Both the position numbers and the translations under genes were made by a program. Shown here piece by piece: positions 51,730 to 60,250 of a stretch of 64,000 bases of DNA (the stretch's first letter is position 1; every line of letters starts with the position of its first letter). Origin of the DNA: a virus (taxonomy: Duplodnaviria; Caudoviricetes); IMG/VR virus record IMGVR_UViG_3300044825_001064, positions 1,805 to 65,804 of that record. One strand, written 5' to 3'. A model generated the notes under the pieces. That model was not told the DNA's origin and did no database searches. It worked only from the letters and a program-made list of their open reading frames with translations.

Positions 51730-52728
51730 TTAACCTTTATTTTGACGATCGTATTGCGCGTACGCTTTGATCATTTTGTTTCGTCTTTCAACATCATCCC
51801 ATGCTCCAGCATCTTTAATTGCCTGTACTCGATCACGACTTAGCATGATTGTTCCAGGTTTTGTGCCGGCAGTGTTTGCCACTCGACTCGAGGCTGTTGG
51901 ACCAGAACGTTTAATTGATTTGTTCTTGTCTTTAGCCACATAACGGTGTGGTAAACGAGACTGTAGTCGACTGTCTAACTCTTCCCAATACTCAGGATCT
52001 GCTGGATCCCAACCATCGGCTGCAAGTTCTTGGTCAATTACTTTGGCGATTCTACTATCCGTATCTCGAGCTTGCGGATCGAACCAAGAATTACGTCTTG
52101 CCCATTCTGTAGCGTTTCGTTGCACTTCATTTGCTACCGGATTTGGAACGTTTTGTTTTGGTGCTTTCGCTTCTTCGAGTTGTTGTTTTTTATAATACTG
52201 AGCTTGCTTCAAACGCTCTTTTGCGTCTGTCAACTGCTCTAAGTATTCTACTTGACCCGTAACGTCACCAGCTTGGGCTGCTTGCATCATCTTCATCTTT
52301 GCATATTCAACCCGACTTGCTTCGTCTTCGATGGACTTATCAAGTTGTGCAAACTGATACGATGCTGCTGCGTTTTCCACTTTGGCTAACCGCTCAGCCA
52401 GTTCGGCGTTGCGGCGCTCAAGTGCGCTAATCTTGTTACGAGCTGTGATATCTCGTTGTTTGGCTAGTTCTTTCTTTAGCCTACGCTCTTCCCGTCGGGC
52501 TTGGCGTATTTTTTCACGATCGTCGTCTGTTTCCTCTGGCTCTTCTTCCTCGTCGTCAGCATTCTCTTCTTGCTCTGCTTCCGTCTCGTCAGATTCTTCT
52601 TCAGACTCTTCGTTTTTTGTTTCTACTTCTTCTTTTTCGTCTTCAATTTCTTCAGGAAAATCGACCCTAGCTAAAATTGAACCGTCTTCTTGTTCCTTAA
52701 TCGGAACGTCTTTGTCATTGTCTGCCAT
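51730..52728 (-). CDS. Putative scaffolding protein
   Basis: Acidic N-terminus, coiled coil, W..RN.WF, EYW.ELD.R; lies between portal and MCP. Confidence 0.75.
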   Translation of the reverse strand: MADNDKDVPIKEQEDGSILARVDFPEEIEDEKEEVETKNEESEEESDETEAEQEENADDEEEEPEETDDDREKIRQARREERRLKKELAKQRDITARNKISALERRNAELAERLAKVENAAASYQFAQLDKSIEDEASRVEYAKMKMMQAAQAGDVTGQVEYLEQLTDAKERLKQAQYYKKQQLEEAKAPKQNVPNPVANEVQRNATEWARRNSWFDPQARDTDSRIAKVIDQELAADGWDPADPEYWEELDSRLQSRLPHRYVAKDKNKSIKRSGPTASSRVANTAGTKPGTIMLSRDRVQAIKDAGAWDDVERRNKMIKAYAQYDRQNKG

Positions 52729-52744
52729 ACTTTTCTCTCAAAAG

Positions 52745-53185
52745 TTAATCTACAAACGCTTTCATTTTTTGTGCTGCTTCAAATGATTTAATCTTGGAGA
52801 TTACTTCGCGAGCTTGCAGTGTAATAAACACCACGGGCGCGCCATCATCATCTGGCTGCACAACGTAACGATCGCCACCGTATTTGATTGTGCGAACTAA
52901 GTCGCCTTCTTTGCACCAAGGGCCTTCTGGCCAGGGCTCCAAAGTATCTGGGTTTTTATACGCCAGATTACCAATTCCACGTACTTTGGCTACTGTTTCG
53001 TTAAAACGCAACGTCTGTCTGGTTTCATCCACTAACAGGATTCCACCTTTACTTGTTACTTTTTCCCGGCGTAACTGCACCAGTACTCGGTCACCAAGAA
53101 TTTCAACACCCGGATCCACATCTGGAAAGCATTCCTGCTCCGAACGTAAATCTGGCTCATCGTTTTTATTAAAATCAATTGGCAT
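52745..53185 (-). CDS. groES: Phage co-chaperonin GroES
   Basis: GDRVLVQ...TSKGGILL...V..IG..AY...GPWCKEGD.V...KYGG.R. Confidence 0.88.
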   Translation of the reverse strand: MPIDFNKNDEPDLRSEQECFPDVDPGVEILGDRVLVQLRREKVTSKGGILLVDETRQTLRFNETVAKVRGIGNLAYKNPDTLEPWPEGPWCKEGDLVRTIKYGGDRYVVQPDDDGAPVVFITLQAREVISKIKSFEAAQKMKAFVD

Positions 53186-53211
53186 ACGCCAATCCCTTCC
53201 GGCACTACGGC

Positions 53212-53403
53212 CTAGTTTTCTTCGTCGTCTTCCGTTAAAATTTCGTTTACAATGTCAAGGGCGGTTTGCAAGCCCTCTATTTTGCCAACGTATTGCTTAT
53301 AATCATCAAAAGTATTGATGTTGGTCCCCGCAGTAACGGTTTCTGCTTGGGCCTTAATCTCAGCGCTTACGCGACCGATAATTTCAGAAATAATGTCCTT
53401 CAT
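53212..53403 (-). CDS. Small conserved hypothetical protein (predicted leaderless)
   Basis: FDDYKQYVGKIEGL motif, usual neighbour of phage groES. Confidence 0.75.
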   Translation of the reverse strand: MKDIISEIIGRVSAEIKAQAETVTAGTNINTFDDYKQYVGKIEGLQTALDIVNEILTEDDEEN

Positions 53404-53409
53404 ATTCTA

Positions 53410-53441
53410 ACTAATACGTCGAACAGAATAAATCCGCCCTA
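53410..53441 (-). promoter_or_regulatory. Late-class phage promoter
   Basis: ACTAATACGT 53410-53419 (one mismatch), N16, GCCCTA 53436-53441. Confidence 0.85.
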
Positions 53442-53445
53442 AATA

Positions 53446-53664
53446 TTAATATTTTGGACCGAATTGATCTTTTACGTTGCTGTAAGGGCCAACTTTACCG
53501 GCATTTTTCATTTTGCCTTGTGCTGCGCCTTTTTTCCAGTTGTTGTCGCGATGGCTGCCAGATGGGCCATTGTCGATGTTTTTGTCGCCAGGGCCGCCGC
53601 CGCTGGATAATTTACCTGTTTCTTGGTAAGTCTGTCTAAAGCCTTTTAAATTTTCATCGGCCAT
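53446..53664 (-). CDS. Small Gly/Lys-rich protein
   Basis: TAATG-coupled to the portal gene. Confidence 0.65.
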   Translation of the reverse strand: MADENLKGFRQTYQETGKLSSGGGPGDKNIDNGPSGSHRDNNWKKGAAQGKMKNAGKVGPYSNVKDQFGPKY

Positions 53665-56516
53665 TATTGTGCTCCTGTTGGGGGTGTTGTGGGTTGTTGT
53701 GGGGGTGCTGCTTCTTCAGCTGCTGGCGGCATTGCTTCTTGTGCTGCCGGCGGTGCTGCCTGTTGTGCTGCCAATTCTGCGTCTAATTGTGCTTGAATCT
53801 GCTGTTGCAATTCTGCTGCTTTGGCGTCAAACACTTTTTGTTGCAAAGCTAGACCATGTTGACGGATATCTGCATCTGCCGCCATAATGGCGTTGATTGC
53901 GGATGAGTTTTGCTCGTGCTCGAGTTGCGCTTGTTGCTGATCGATCTGAGCATTTGCGTTGATCATTGCCACACGCTCTTTTGCTGCGTTGTTGATATTT
54001 GCCATAGCAATATCGGTGGCGTTGCGCTGATTGTCGATATCGGTCTGAGTGCTGTACTTGGTCTGAAGCTCGGCAACTTTCTGTTGCAACTCGGCCACAC
54101 GGATTTCGTAATCCTGTTTGGCTTTTGCCATTTCGTTCTGCATGCGCATTTGAGCTTCTTGTGTTTTGCGCTCTGTCTCGGCCATTTGGGTTTTGACAAT
54201 GGCCGCTGCAGTTGGGTCGTTCATTGCAGCATTCTGTGCCTTTTGTTGGTTGGCTTGCTGAACTTTCTGAGCTAGTGCTTGAATTTGTTGTACGTATTGT
54301 GCCAACTCTTGCTGCGAGTCTTGATTGACCATTTGTGATGCCAACGCCAACGCTTGTTGTGCGGCTTTGTCCAACGGTTTCTCTTCGTGCAGTTTTAGAA
54401 CATCGCTTCCGCCCGAAGCCTGCGCTACCATGCCGCGCATCGACTGCAAGTAATGTAACGTTAAATGCTGTTTGATGTGCTCCAATGCGTGTGGCGCAAA
54501 TACGGGTCCAATTACAGGACTTCCGCCATATGCTGGATTGTTTGCATACTCCAAGTGGATGCGAATATGCGCAATATGATCTTGGTCGGGGTACGCAGCG
54601 GCCGGACGACCCATGGTCATCGATACGTTTTCCAGCGCCGGGTTGGATTCGTTTGCGCCTAGTGGGTTTGGTAAAATCTCTTCCGCATCGGGCACTTTAA
54701 GTTGCTTGAGAATGCGCTTGTAAACAGAACGAATGTCAAACATGCCAGGTTGCATTTGGTTGGCCTGTGTGGCCATTTGCAACAGAGCTTGGTTCTGCGC
54801 TAAACGCTGTGTCTCAGAGAAAATGTTGGGATCTGAAACTGGGCGCACGTCATTGTTGTACGCAAAGTCGCGGATCTGAATTTCTTCGCCAGACAAGTTG
54901 TCCATCTCGGACAAATACCAGTGGTTGAGTCTGGATAAAATCTTAAGCGACATTGCTTGACTGCGGTGCAGACGAGCATGAATGCTAGAGAATATTTTTG
55001 CGCCTTGCTCAATGAGTGCTTGCGCTGTGCCAACTGGCATGTTGTTGGTTGCTTCGCCGATCTTTTCTTCGGATGTGGTAACCACACCTTTAGCTGCATT
55101 TGTTAACCAACCAAGCAAATCAAACAGCGTTGATGACGGTGGGTTAAACGGCATCGGCATAGCGATCTGACGAATGTCAGTTACGCCAGGGCCAGCTTCT
55201 ACTTCGACGACTTGCGTAGGCTCAATCCGATCGCTCTGACCACTAACTCGTCCAGTCTTGAGCTTAAGCATTGTCTGGCTGTTGTTAATGTGAGCTGCGT
55301 CCAAAAGAGCACGTAGAGCACCAGTAAGGGCAGCAGACAAACCGCCAATAAGATGGGGGAGGCCAATAGCATAAGCACCACGCCAAGGGATGAACTTGAA
55401 CTCAACGTACCAATCCAGTTTCTCGAGCTTCTCATCGTTAGCTTCCCAGTTACGACGCAGGGCCAACACTTTGCTGCTGGACTCGTCAATTGTTAAAATG
55501 TACGGAGCGCGACGGCCTTCGGTTAACGGGTCGTCTTCCAATCGCATAAAACATGTGATCTCGTAAACGCGACGCAGTCCGTCAATGTTCTTCGATGGCT
55601 CTTCACGGCCTTCGATTTTGTTGTTTGCTTTTTCAGATTGTGTTTGATCAGTAAGCGGTGTGTCTGAGGAATAGGAAGCGTCTATGTCACGATAGATACC
55701 TTGCTCAATACGCTGCTGGTAAATATCTTCGGTGATATCTTGTTGCTCAGTTACACGTTGCGATGTGTAGAAGTTGGTTGATGCGTAAGGTAGAATGATA
55801 TTATCAATCGGCACCCATTCGCACGTTGGGCGCGCCTGTTCGTCATCCCAACGCCATTTAAGAAACTGTGAACCACCAAGTGGTAACTGAGTGAGCAACT
55901 GCTCCATCTCGTCGCGGTATTCGCATACTTGCTCGGTCAACTGCCAGTTCAGGAAGTTAACTTTGCGATCGGCAGTTTCTACTTGCGGTTTCTTTGCTTC
56001 GCTCTTAATATTTGATTTAACAATTCCGTCAGACGGCAAAAGTTCTTTTGATGCAGACGCTGCAAAGTCAACACAAGCCTCTGCCATGACTGGGTGCACA
56101 ACTTTAGAGGCCCCGTCAAACGTCGCCCCTCCAGGTGCATCTTTTCCAAGCCCAGTTCGACGCAGTCCTTCTTCGTATTGTTTGTCACGTTGTTTTCTCG
56201 CTTCTTTGTCGACGTCGATGTAGTCAAGGTATTCAGTTGCTAATTGATCAAGTACTCCTTCGTCCATCTCCTCTGCCATGTTGGCATAAAACTCAGGATC
56301 TTTGAGTGGACTTGCTTTTTCTTGGTAGTTGACAATTACAGAACCGTCTTCTAGTTCAATTACCTCTTGCTCTACTTCATCTGAATCTAAACCAAGTTCG
56401 TCCTCGTATGCCTCCATATCGGCATCTTGCTGCATCGCCTCTTGTAGATCTTGTTCTTCCACATCGAGACCTGGCAGATTGGCGCCGGCTTGGATTGGTA
56501 ATATTGGATTTGCCAT
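53664..56516 (-). CDS. Portal protein (P22-like, long C-terminal barrel)
   Basis: FYAN.AE, GAS.VVHP..AEA.VDF.A, GAY.IGL.HLIGGL, PVGT..ALIEQG, VSDPNIFS; Q-rich coiled coil. Confidence 0.9.
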   Translation of the reverse strand: MANPILPIQAGANLPGLDVEEQDLQEAMQQDADMEAYEDELGLDSDEVEQEVIELEDGSVIVNYQEKASPLKDPEFYANMAEEMDEGVLDQLATEYLDYIDVDKEARKQRDKQYEEGLRRTGLGKDAPGGATFDGASKVVHPVMAEACVDFAASASKELLPSDGIVKSNIKSEAKKPQVETADRKVNFLNWQLTEQVCEYRDEMEQLLTQLPLGGSQFLKWRWDDEQARPTCEWVPIDNIILPYASTNFYTSQRVTEQQDITEDIYQQRIEQGIYRDIDASYSSDTPLTDQTQSEKANNKIEGREEPSKNIDGLRRVYEITCFMRLEDDPLTEGRRAPYILTIDESSSKVLALRRNWEANDEKLEKLDWYVEFKFIPWRGAYAIGLPHLIGGLSAALTGALRALLDAAHINNSQTMLKLKTGRVSGQSDRIEPTQVVEVEAGPGVTDIRQIAMPMPFNPPSSTLFDLLGWLTNAAKGVVTTSEEKIGEATNNMPVGTAQALIEQGAKIFSSIHARLHRSQAMSLKILSRLNHWYLSEMDNLSGEEIQIRDFAYNNDVRPVSDPNIFSETQRLAQNQALLQMATQANQMQPGMFDIRSVYKRILKQLKVPDAEEILPNPLGANESNPALENVSMTMGRPAAAYPDQDHIAHIRIHLEYANNPAYGGSPVIGPVFAPHALEHIKQHLTLHYLQSMRGMVAQASGGSDVLKLHEEKPLDKAAQQALALASQMVNQDSQQELAQYVQQIQALAQKVQQANQQKAQNAAMNDPTAAAIVKTQMAETERKTQEAQMRMQNEMAKAKQDYEIRVAELQQKVAELQTKYSTQTDIDNQRNATDIAMANINNAAKERVAMINANAQIDQQQAQLEHEQNSSAINAIMAADADIRQHGLALQQKVFDAKAAELQQQIQAQLDAELAAQQAAPPAAQEAMPPAAEEAAPPQQPTTPPTGAQ

Positions 56517-56519
56517 AGA

Positions 56520-56570
56520 TTATTTTGTGTTTGTTGCTGGACCACCAGCAAAATAGAATTGGGTGGACAT
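56520..56570 (-). CDS. 16-aa micro-ORF MSTQFYFAGGPATNTK
   Basis: Lies between promoter 56587 and the portal start; hand translation. Confidence 0.4.
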   Translation of the reverse strand: MSTQFYFAGGPATNTK

Positions 56571-56586
56571 GGATGCCCTTATTTTA

Positions 56587-56618
56587 ACTAATACGCTATT
56601 TAGGCCCATTCCGCCCTA
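56587..56618 (-). promoter_or_regulatory. Late-class phage promoter
   Basis: ACTAATACGC 56587-56596, N16, GCCCTA 56613-56618; the TAG is the terL stop codon. Confidence 0.85.
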
Positions 56619-58061
56619 CTGCGCATACGGATTGGCAAATTTCTTGCGGGAGTTGTCGTCGGCATAGTCGTAGTCCCGTGCTGGTAGGGGGTCAAGCTGC
56701 AGCCAGCCAAGATCGCGCAGATACCGCAGCCCCTGGGACAATGCGTCCACATAGTCGTCGTGGCCGCCGGCCTCTGGAAAGGAACACACCTGCCGCAGGA
56801 ACCGTTTGGTCCACGATGCAAACTCGCCTTTTTGGTTCGGGTCTTCTGGAATCCAGACTTTACCTTTGGCAATGAGCGGAGCCACGATGTTTAAACGCTG
56901 GATTTTATCCGCACGGCCTGGGTTGTATCCCTGCACCGGCACACCGGAACCTTGAAGTTCCTGAATCAAGCTGATACCAGCGGATTTGTCTTCCATCAAA
57001 ATCAAATCGGCTTTGCGACCCTTTGCAAAGTCATTATCCGCGCCATACACGACTTCTTTAAAATCATTGACTACTTTGCGTCGCAACTCTGGGTACGACA
57101 AATGTTCATCCCAGCAGTCAAGCAAAATGGCCGACATGCCGCCGTCGGTTTGCTCAAAAATTCCCCACACTTCGCACGCGGTGGGGTCGTTTACTGTTTT
57201 TTGTGAGGTTGCTGGGTCGTAGGAAGCAAGCACATACTCCAGCGTTGGTGTCGGTTTGTTGGCCGGCCACATGCGAAACTGTTTGCGCTTGATGATACCA
57301 GATTGCTCTGGATCAAGAATCTCACCGTAGATCTCCTGACGGCCAGTGTCGGTGCCTTCGTAGGTCTCAAGCTGTTTGAAAAATGTTTCGGATAAGTTTT
57401 GTCGGTTGTCGTACGATGATGCGTTGACTACGTAGACGTCGCCGCCGATTTTCCCTTCGTTAAGATCGACGATGAGTTCTTTTGGCTTGGGAGTGGTGGT
57501 AATAATCTGCTGCACTCGAGCGATGCGTGGGTCCCTAAGACGGAGGGTAAACTGTACTCCGTCGTAGGCTTCATCGATGTAATCAAACGCACACAACTCG
57601 TCGAACCAGGCGCCGTGATATTGTTTACCTCGATAACGCTCGGGCTCCGAGGCGGGAATCCCCTGTATAAGAGATCCATTTGTAAGGGTGATTTCAAAGA
57701 GGGACTTGTTGTAATCGCGAATGAGTGACGCGGGAATGATATTGAGAAGTCCGGAGTCCCCCTCGAAACAAGTTGCACGTATATCGTTTGAGGTGGGAGC
57801 GGTGACGAGCCAGCGTGTATTGTCATAAACCCAAGCACGAATGCCAATCCAATGGCTAGCCGTATGCGTCTTCCCCGATCCTCGACCAGCCAGCATAAGA
57901 AACGTATCATATTCTCCATCTTCAGGTTCTCTTTGATGCGGTAGCGCCTGCAGCGCCCATTTGACCTGCCACATCGTGGCGTCAAGTTGTGGTTTAGGCC
58001 AGTGCTTACGCTCCGCCGCAAATTTTTTCAGTTGTTCTTCTTGTTTTGCTGTTAATGGCAT
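56616..58061 (-). CDS. terL: Terminase large subunit
   Basis: Walker A AGRGSGKT, Walker B WFDE, TTTPKP, nuclease SYDPA...HDDYVDALSQ. Confidence 0.95.
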   Translation of the reverse strand: MPLTAKQEEQLKKFAAERKHWPKPQLDATMWQVKWALQALPHQREPEDGEYDTFLMLAGRGSGKTHTASHWIGIRAWVYDNTRWLVTAPTSNDIRATCFEGDSGLLNIIPASLIRDYNKSLFEITLTNGSLIQGIPASEPERYRGKQYHGAWFDELCAFDYIDEAYDGVQFTLRLRDPRIARVQQIITTTPKPKELIVDLNEGKIGGDVYVVNASSYDNRQNLSETFFKQLETYEGTDTGRQEIYGEILDPEQSGIIKRKQFRMWPANKPTPTLEYVLASYDPATSQKTVNDPTACEVWGIFEQTDGGMSAILLDCWDEHLSYPELRRKVVNDFKEVVYGADNDFAKGRKADLILMEDKSAGISLIQELQGSGVPVQGYNPGRADKIQRLNIVAPLIAKGKVWIPEDPNQKGEFASWTKRFLRQVCSFPEAGGHDDYVDALSQGLRYLRDLGWLQLDPLPARDYDYADDNSRKKFANPYAQ

Positions 58062-59044
58062 GCTATAAATCCTTCTCCTACGAGAAAGCTACCCTCAGGC
58101 CCATCCGTTTGGATGTGCACGCAGGCTTGTGGTTTAATTTCTGCAACCGCGCTGATTAATCGCCAGTTTTGTCTTACTTTAATCGGGCGCGGCACCTGAT
58201 CCTCGGTTAATTTTAACCTAGTTTTAATCCACAGCACAAATTTCTTCTCAATCGGCTCAAAACTTAGGTTCGTTTTACAACCGAGCGACTCAGCTAGCAT
58301 CTGAACCTGACGCGCGAGAACCTCATGCTTCGATGTGAACTGAAACCGATCGCGTTTTGCGTTGTATCTGTTCTTTCTCGCGTGCAAAATCCCCTGCAGT
58401 AGCTCGGTGCGCTGCTCCGGGGACGCGAGCAGGTAGTTGTTCGGTATCTTTGTCGGTATAAACGGCGCCAAATGCTGAGCGACAGACGGTTGAGTTCTAA
58501 ATCGTGGCTGAGCCGCGGACCTGGGTCGGCTTTTTAGTGGGAGGTAGCCTGCCTCTTTAAATTTTTCGTCCACAAATTCGGCATGTTGGCGCGGAGCCTG
58601 CATGCTTTGGTCTTTTCTGTGGTTAAAAAACCAAAATCCAAACACAAACGGCGGTACTGGGAGGGGTTGGGTTGGCAGTTTGAGTGGGAATGCAGCTGGA
58701 ACCGAGTACAGTTTGCGGTTTTCTCTGCCGGTGAGGGGGCTAGAACGCAAATCCTCCGCTGTGAGGAGCTTGAGTGGGCGCCGAAACCGACGTTTTCCTT
58801 GGTACTGACGCACCCGGCTGCGGTATTTCTCGGTTTCAATGGGCAAAATTAGCTTGTCGTCGCCCCTGACGGACAGCCCATCGTTAAACATCACCTCATA
58901 ACAGGTTTGGGCGCGGTACTCTTGTACCAGAGTTACGGTAACTAAATCGCCAAATCGGTTAAACAGGATGTCGCCGACGCGTATATCACACGCCATCTTC
59001 CAATAGTCAAGGGTTAACACCCTTTCGGTCGCTAGTATCGCCAT
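58052..59044 (-). CDS. Free-standing intein-derived protein (Hint + degenerate LAGLIDADG), no exteins
   Basis: Block A MAILATERVLTLDYWKMACDIRVGDILF; CYEVMFNDG; IPNNYLLAS.EQR.ELLQGI; block F/G RLISAV..CVHIQTDGPEGSFLVGEGFIACH-stop; start taken at ATG 59044. Confidence 0.85.
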   Translation of the reverse strand: MAILATERVLTLDYWKMACDIRVGDILFNRFGDLVTVTLVQEYRAQTCYEVMFNDGLSVRGDDKLILPIETEKYRSRVRQYQGKRRFRRPLKLLTAEDLRSSPLTGRENRKLYSVPAAFPLKLPTQPLPVPPFVFGFWFFNHRKDQSMQAPRQHAEFVDEKFKEAGYLPLKSRPRSAAQPRFRTQPSVAQHLAPFIPTKIPNNYLLASPEQRTELLQGILHARKNRYNAKRDRFQFTSKHEVLARQVQMLAESLGCKTNLSFEPIEKKFVLWIKTRLKLTEDQVPRPIKVRQNWRLISAVAEIKPQACVHIQTDGPEGSFLVGEGFIACH

Positions 59045-59315
59045 AATAATTTTCAAGGACCCAACGGTCCAGCCAACGCCCTAACGGCGCTCGAATGTTG
59101 TTTTGGACTTTGACTGGCAAATTCTGGATGTTTAGCGCACCATCAGTCAAGCCAAAGCGAAATTCTAAATACCTTCTTGTTTCCCGATCCAAAATGGCGG
59201 CGGGGACGTCTACTGAATCAAAGTTATTCACATCACACACAAGGATGCGCAATCCGACGAACTGTCCAATCGAATTTTCTAATGCACCTTGGATTTGATA
59301 AGCGTACTTGTTCAT
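59007..59315 (-). CDS. Hypothetical protein, first late gene (predicted leaderless)
   Basis: ATG at 59315, 6 nt after the promoter -10 box. Confidence 0.7.
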   Translation of the reverse strand: MNKYAYQIQGALENSIGQFVGLRILVCDVNNFDSVDVPAAILDRETRRYLEFRFGLTDGALNIQNLPVKVQNNIRAPLGRWLDRWVLENYYGDTSDRKGVNP

Positions 59316-59321
59316 ACTCTC

Positions 59322-59352
59322 ACTAATACGCAAACTAGTGCGTTTTGGCCTA
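59322..59352 (-). promoter_or_regulatory. Late-class phage promoter heading the structural arm
   Basis: ACTAATACGC 59322-59331, N16, variant upstream box TAGGC. Confidence 0.8.
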
Positions 59353-59400
59353 TATAACTAAAAATCATATAAACGACAAATTGCATAACCAGAAGTTTGG

Positions 59401-59628
59401 ATTGACAGGGTAGGCGGGGTAGGCAGCTGTTTTCCAAGTCGCTGCCCCACTTGTAAATTTACTTTTTTTTAAAAAAAAAATAAAAAAATAAAAAGAAGTG
59501 TGCCTACTGTGCCAATTTGTAGTTAAGTTGTTGATTTATATAGAAGGGACCCCCAGAGAAGTGTGCCAATTTGCTGCCAATTTGCTGCCAATCTTGACCC
59601 GAAGTGTGCCAATTTTCATAATGTGAAA
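59401..59628. repeat. Iteron-like repeats flanking an A/T tract (putative replication origin)
   Basis: GGGTAGGC x2 on the left; T8A10 tract; TGCCTAC 59501 and TGCCAAT at 59510, 59564, 59575, 59586, 59607. Confidence 0.65.
59524..59536 (-). promoter_or_regulatory. IHF consensus site
   Basis: AATCAACAACTTA matches WATCAANNNNTTR. Confidence 0.55.
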
Positions 59629-59727
59629 TGCTTTATGACTTTTTGTTATAAAAAATTATAGAAACTTGACGGTTTGCACGGGGCCGCCGCGCCGGGGAGG
59701 GGGGTCTGCAAATCGGGGTATCGCTTT

Positions 59728-60011
59728 GTTAGTGAGCACCCACTTCACTATCGAGGCCATTGTGCACCAAATTGGTGCACAGGCAGTCCGCCAATGCACC
59801 AATGTGGTGCATGGCCAGCGCGCGTTAGTGGGCGCTCACTAACAATCAGGCCGCGCACCAATGTGGTGCAGTGGTGGAGCGGGCGCGCACCAATGTGGTG
59901 CACGCGGGCGCGAAGGCTGAGCGCTGGGGTGGAGCAGATATTGCAGAGAGCAGAGGCCGAGCGCGCCCCAATATTTCACATTGTGACATTGTCCAAGTAT
60001 TTCACATTGTG
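59728..60011. repeat. Cluster of palindromic repeats (GCACCA-N3-TGGTGC x4; GTTAGTG.GC.C.CACT x2; TATTTCACATTGTG x2)
   Basis: Copies at 59764, 59796, 59855, 59887; 59728, 59824; 59972, 59998. Confidence 0.9.
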
Positions 60012-60086
60012 CAACCACATTGGCGGCGGCCGCGCTAATATGTACTCATACGCGTAATTGATCGCGGATATTTGGAGGGTTTAATT

Positions 60087-60233
60087 ATGACAATATGGTT
60101 TGTAGTAAAAAGCGGCGGAAATGTTTTCAAATTTAAAACCTTAAAAGCAGCGCGGCAGCGCGCTCAATTATTAAATGCAGCTAGCAGCAGCGCCGGCGCA
60201 TTTACAATTATATCTCGCGAAGTAACCAAATAA
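60087..60233 (+). CDS. Small early protein (48 aa)
   Basis: SD GGAGG; hand translation MTIWFVVKSGG... Confidence 0.55.
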   Translation: MTIWFVVKSGGNVFKFKTLKAARQRAQLLNAASSSAGAFTIISREVTK

Positions 60234-60250
60234 TAAGGAGGGCTCAAACC

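Noticed and set aside
57428-58021. 197-aa ORF nested in terL (and similar nested ORFs in DUF2800, helicase, nrdJ)
   Set aside because: Alternative frames of well-supported genes with no recognisable motifs
58030-58061. Hidden His-Asn-Ser splice junction (TGC CAT T AAC AGC) reachable by a 1-nt shift at the end of the intein-like gene
   Set aside because: That frame closes after about 15 codons and is not the terminase frame, so it cannot yield an intein-TerL fusion
59972-60011. TCACATTGTGA as a CRP site
   Set aside because: Half-sites are in the opposite order and spacing to TGTGA-N6-TCACA
59674-60057. 127-aa ORF in the terminus region
   Set aside because: Runs through GC-rich palindromic repeats, TTG start, no SD; likely spurious
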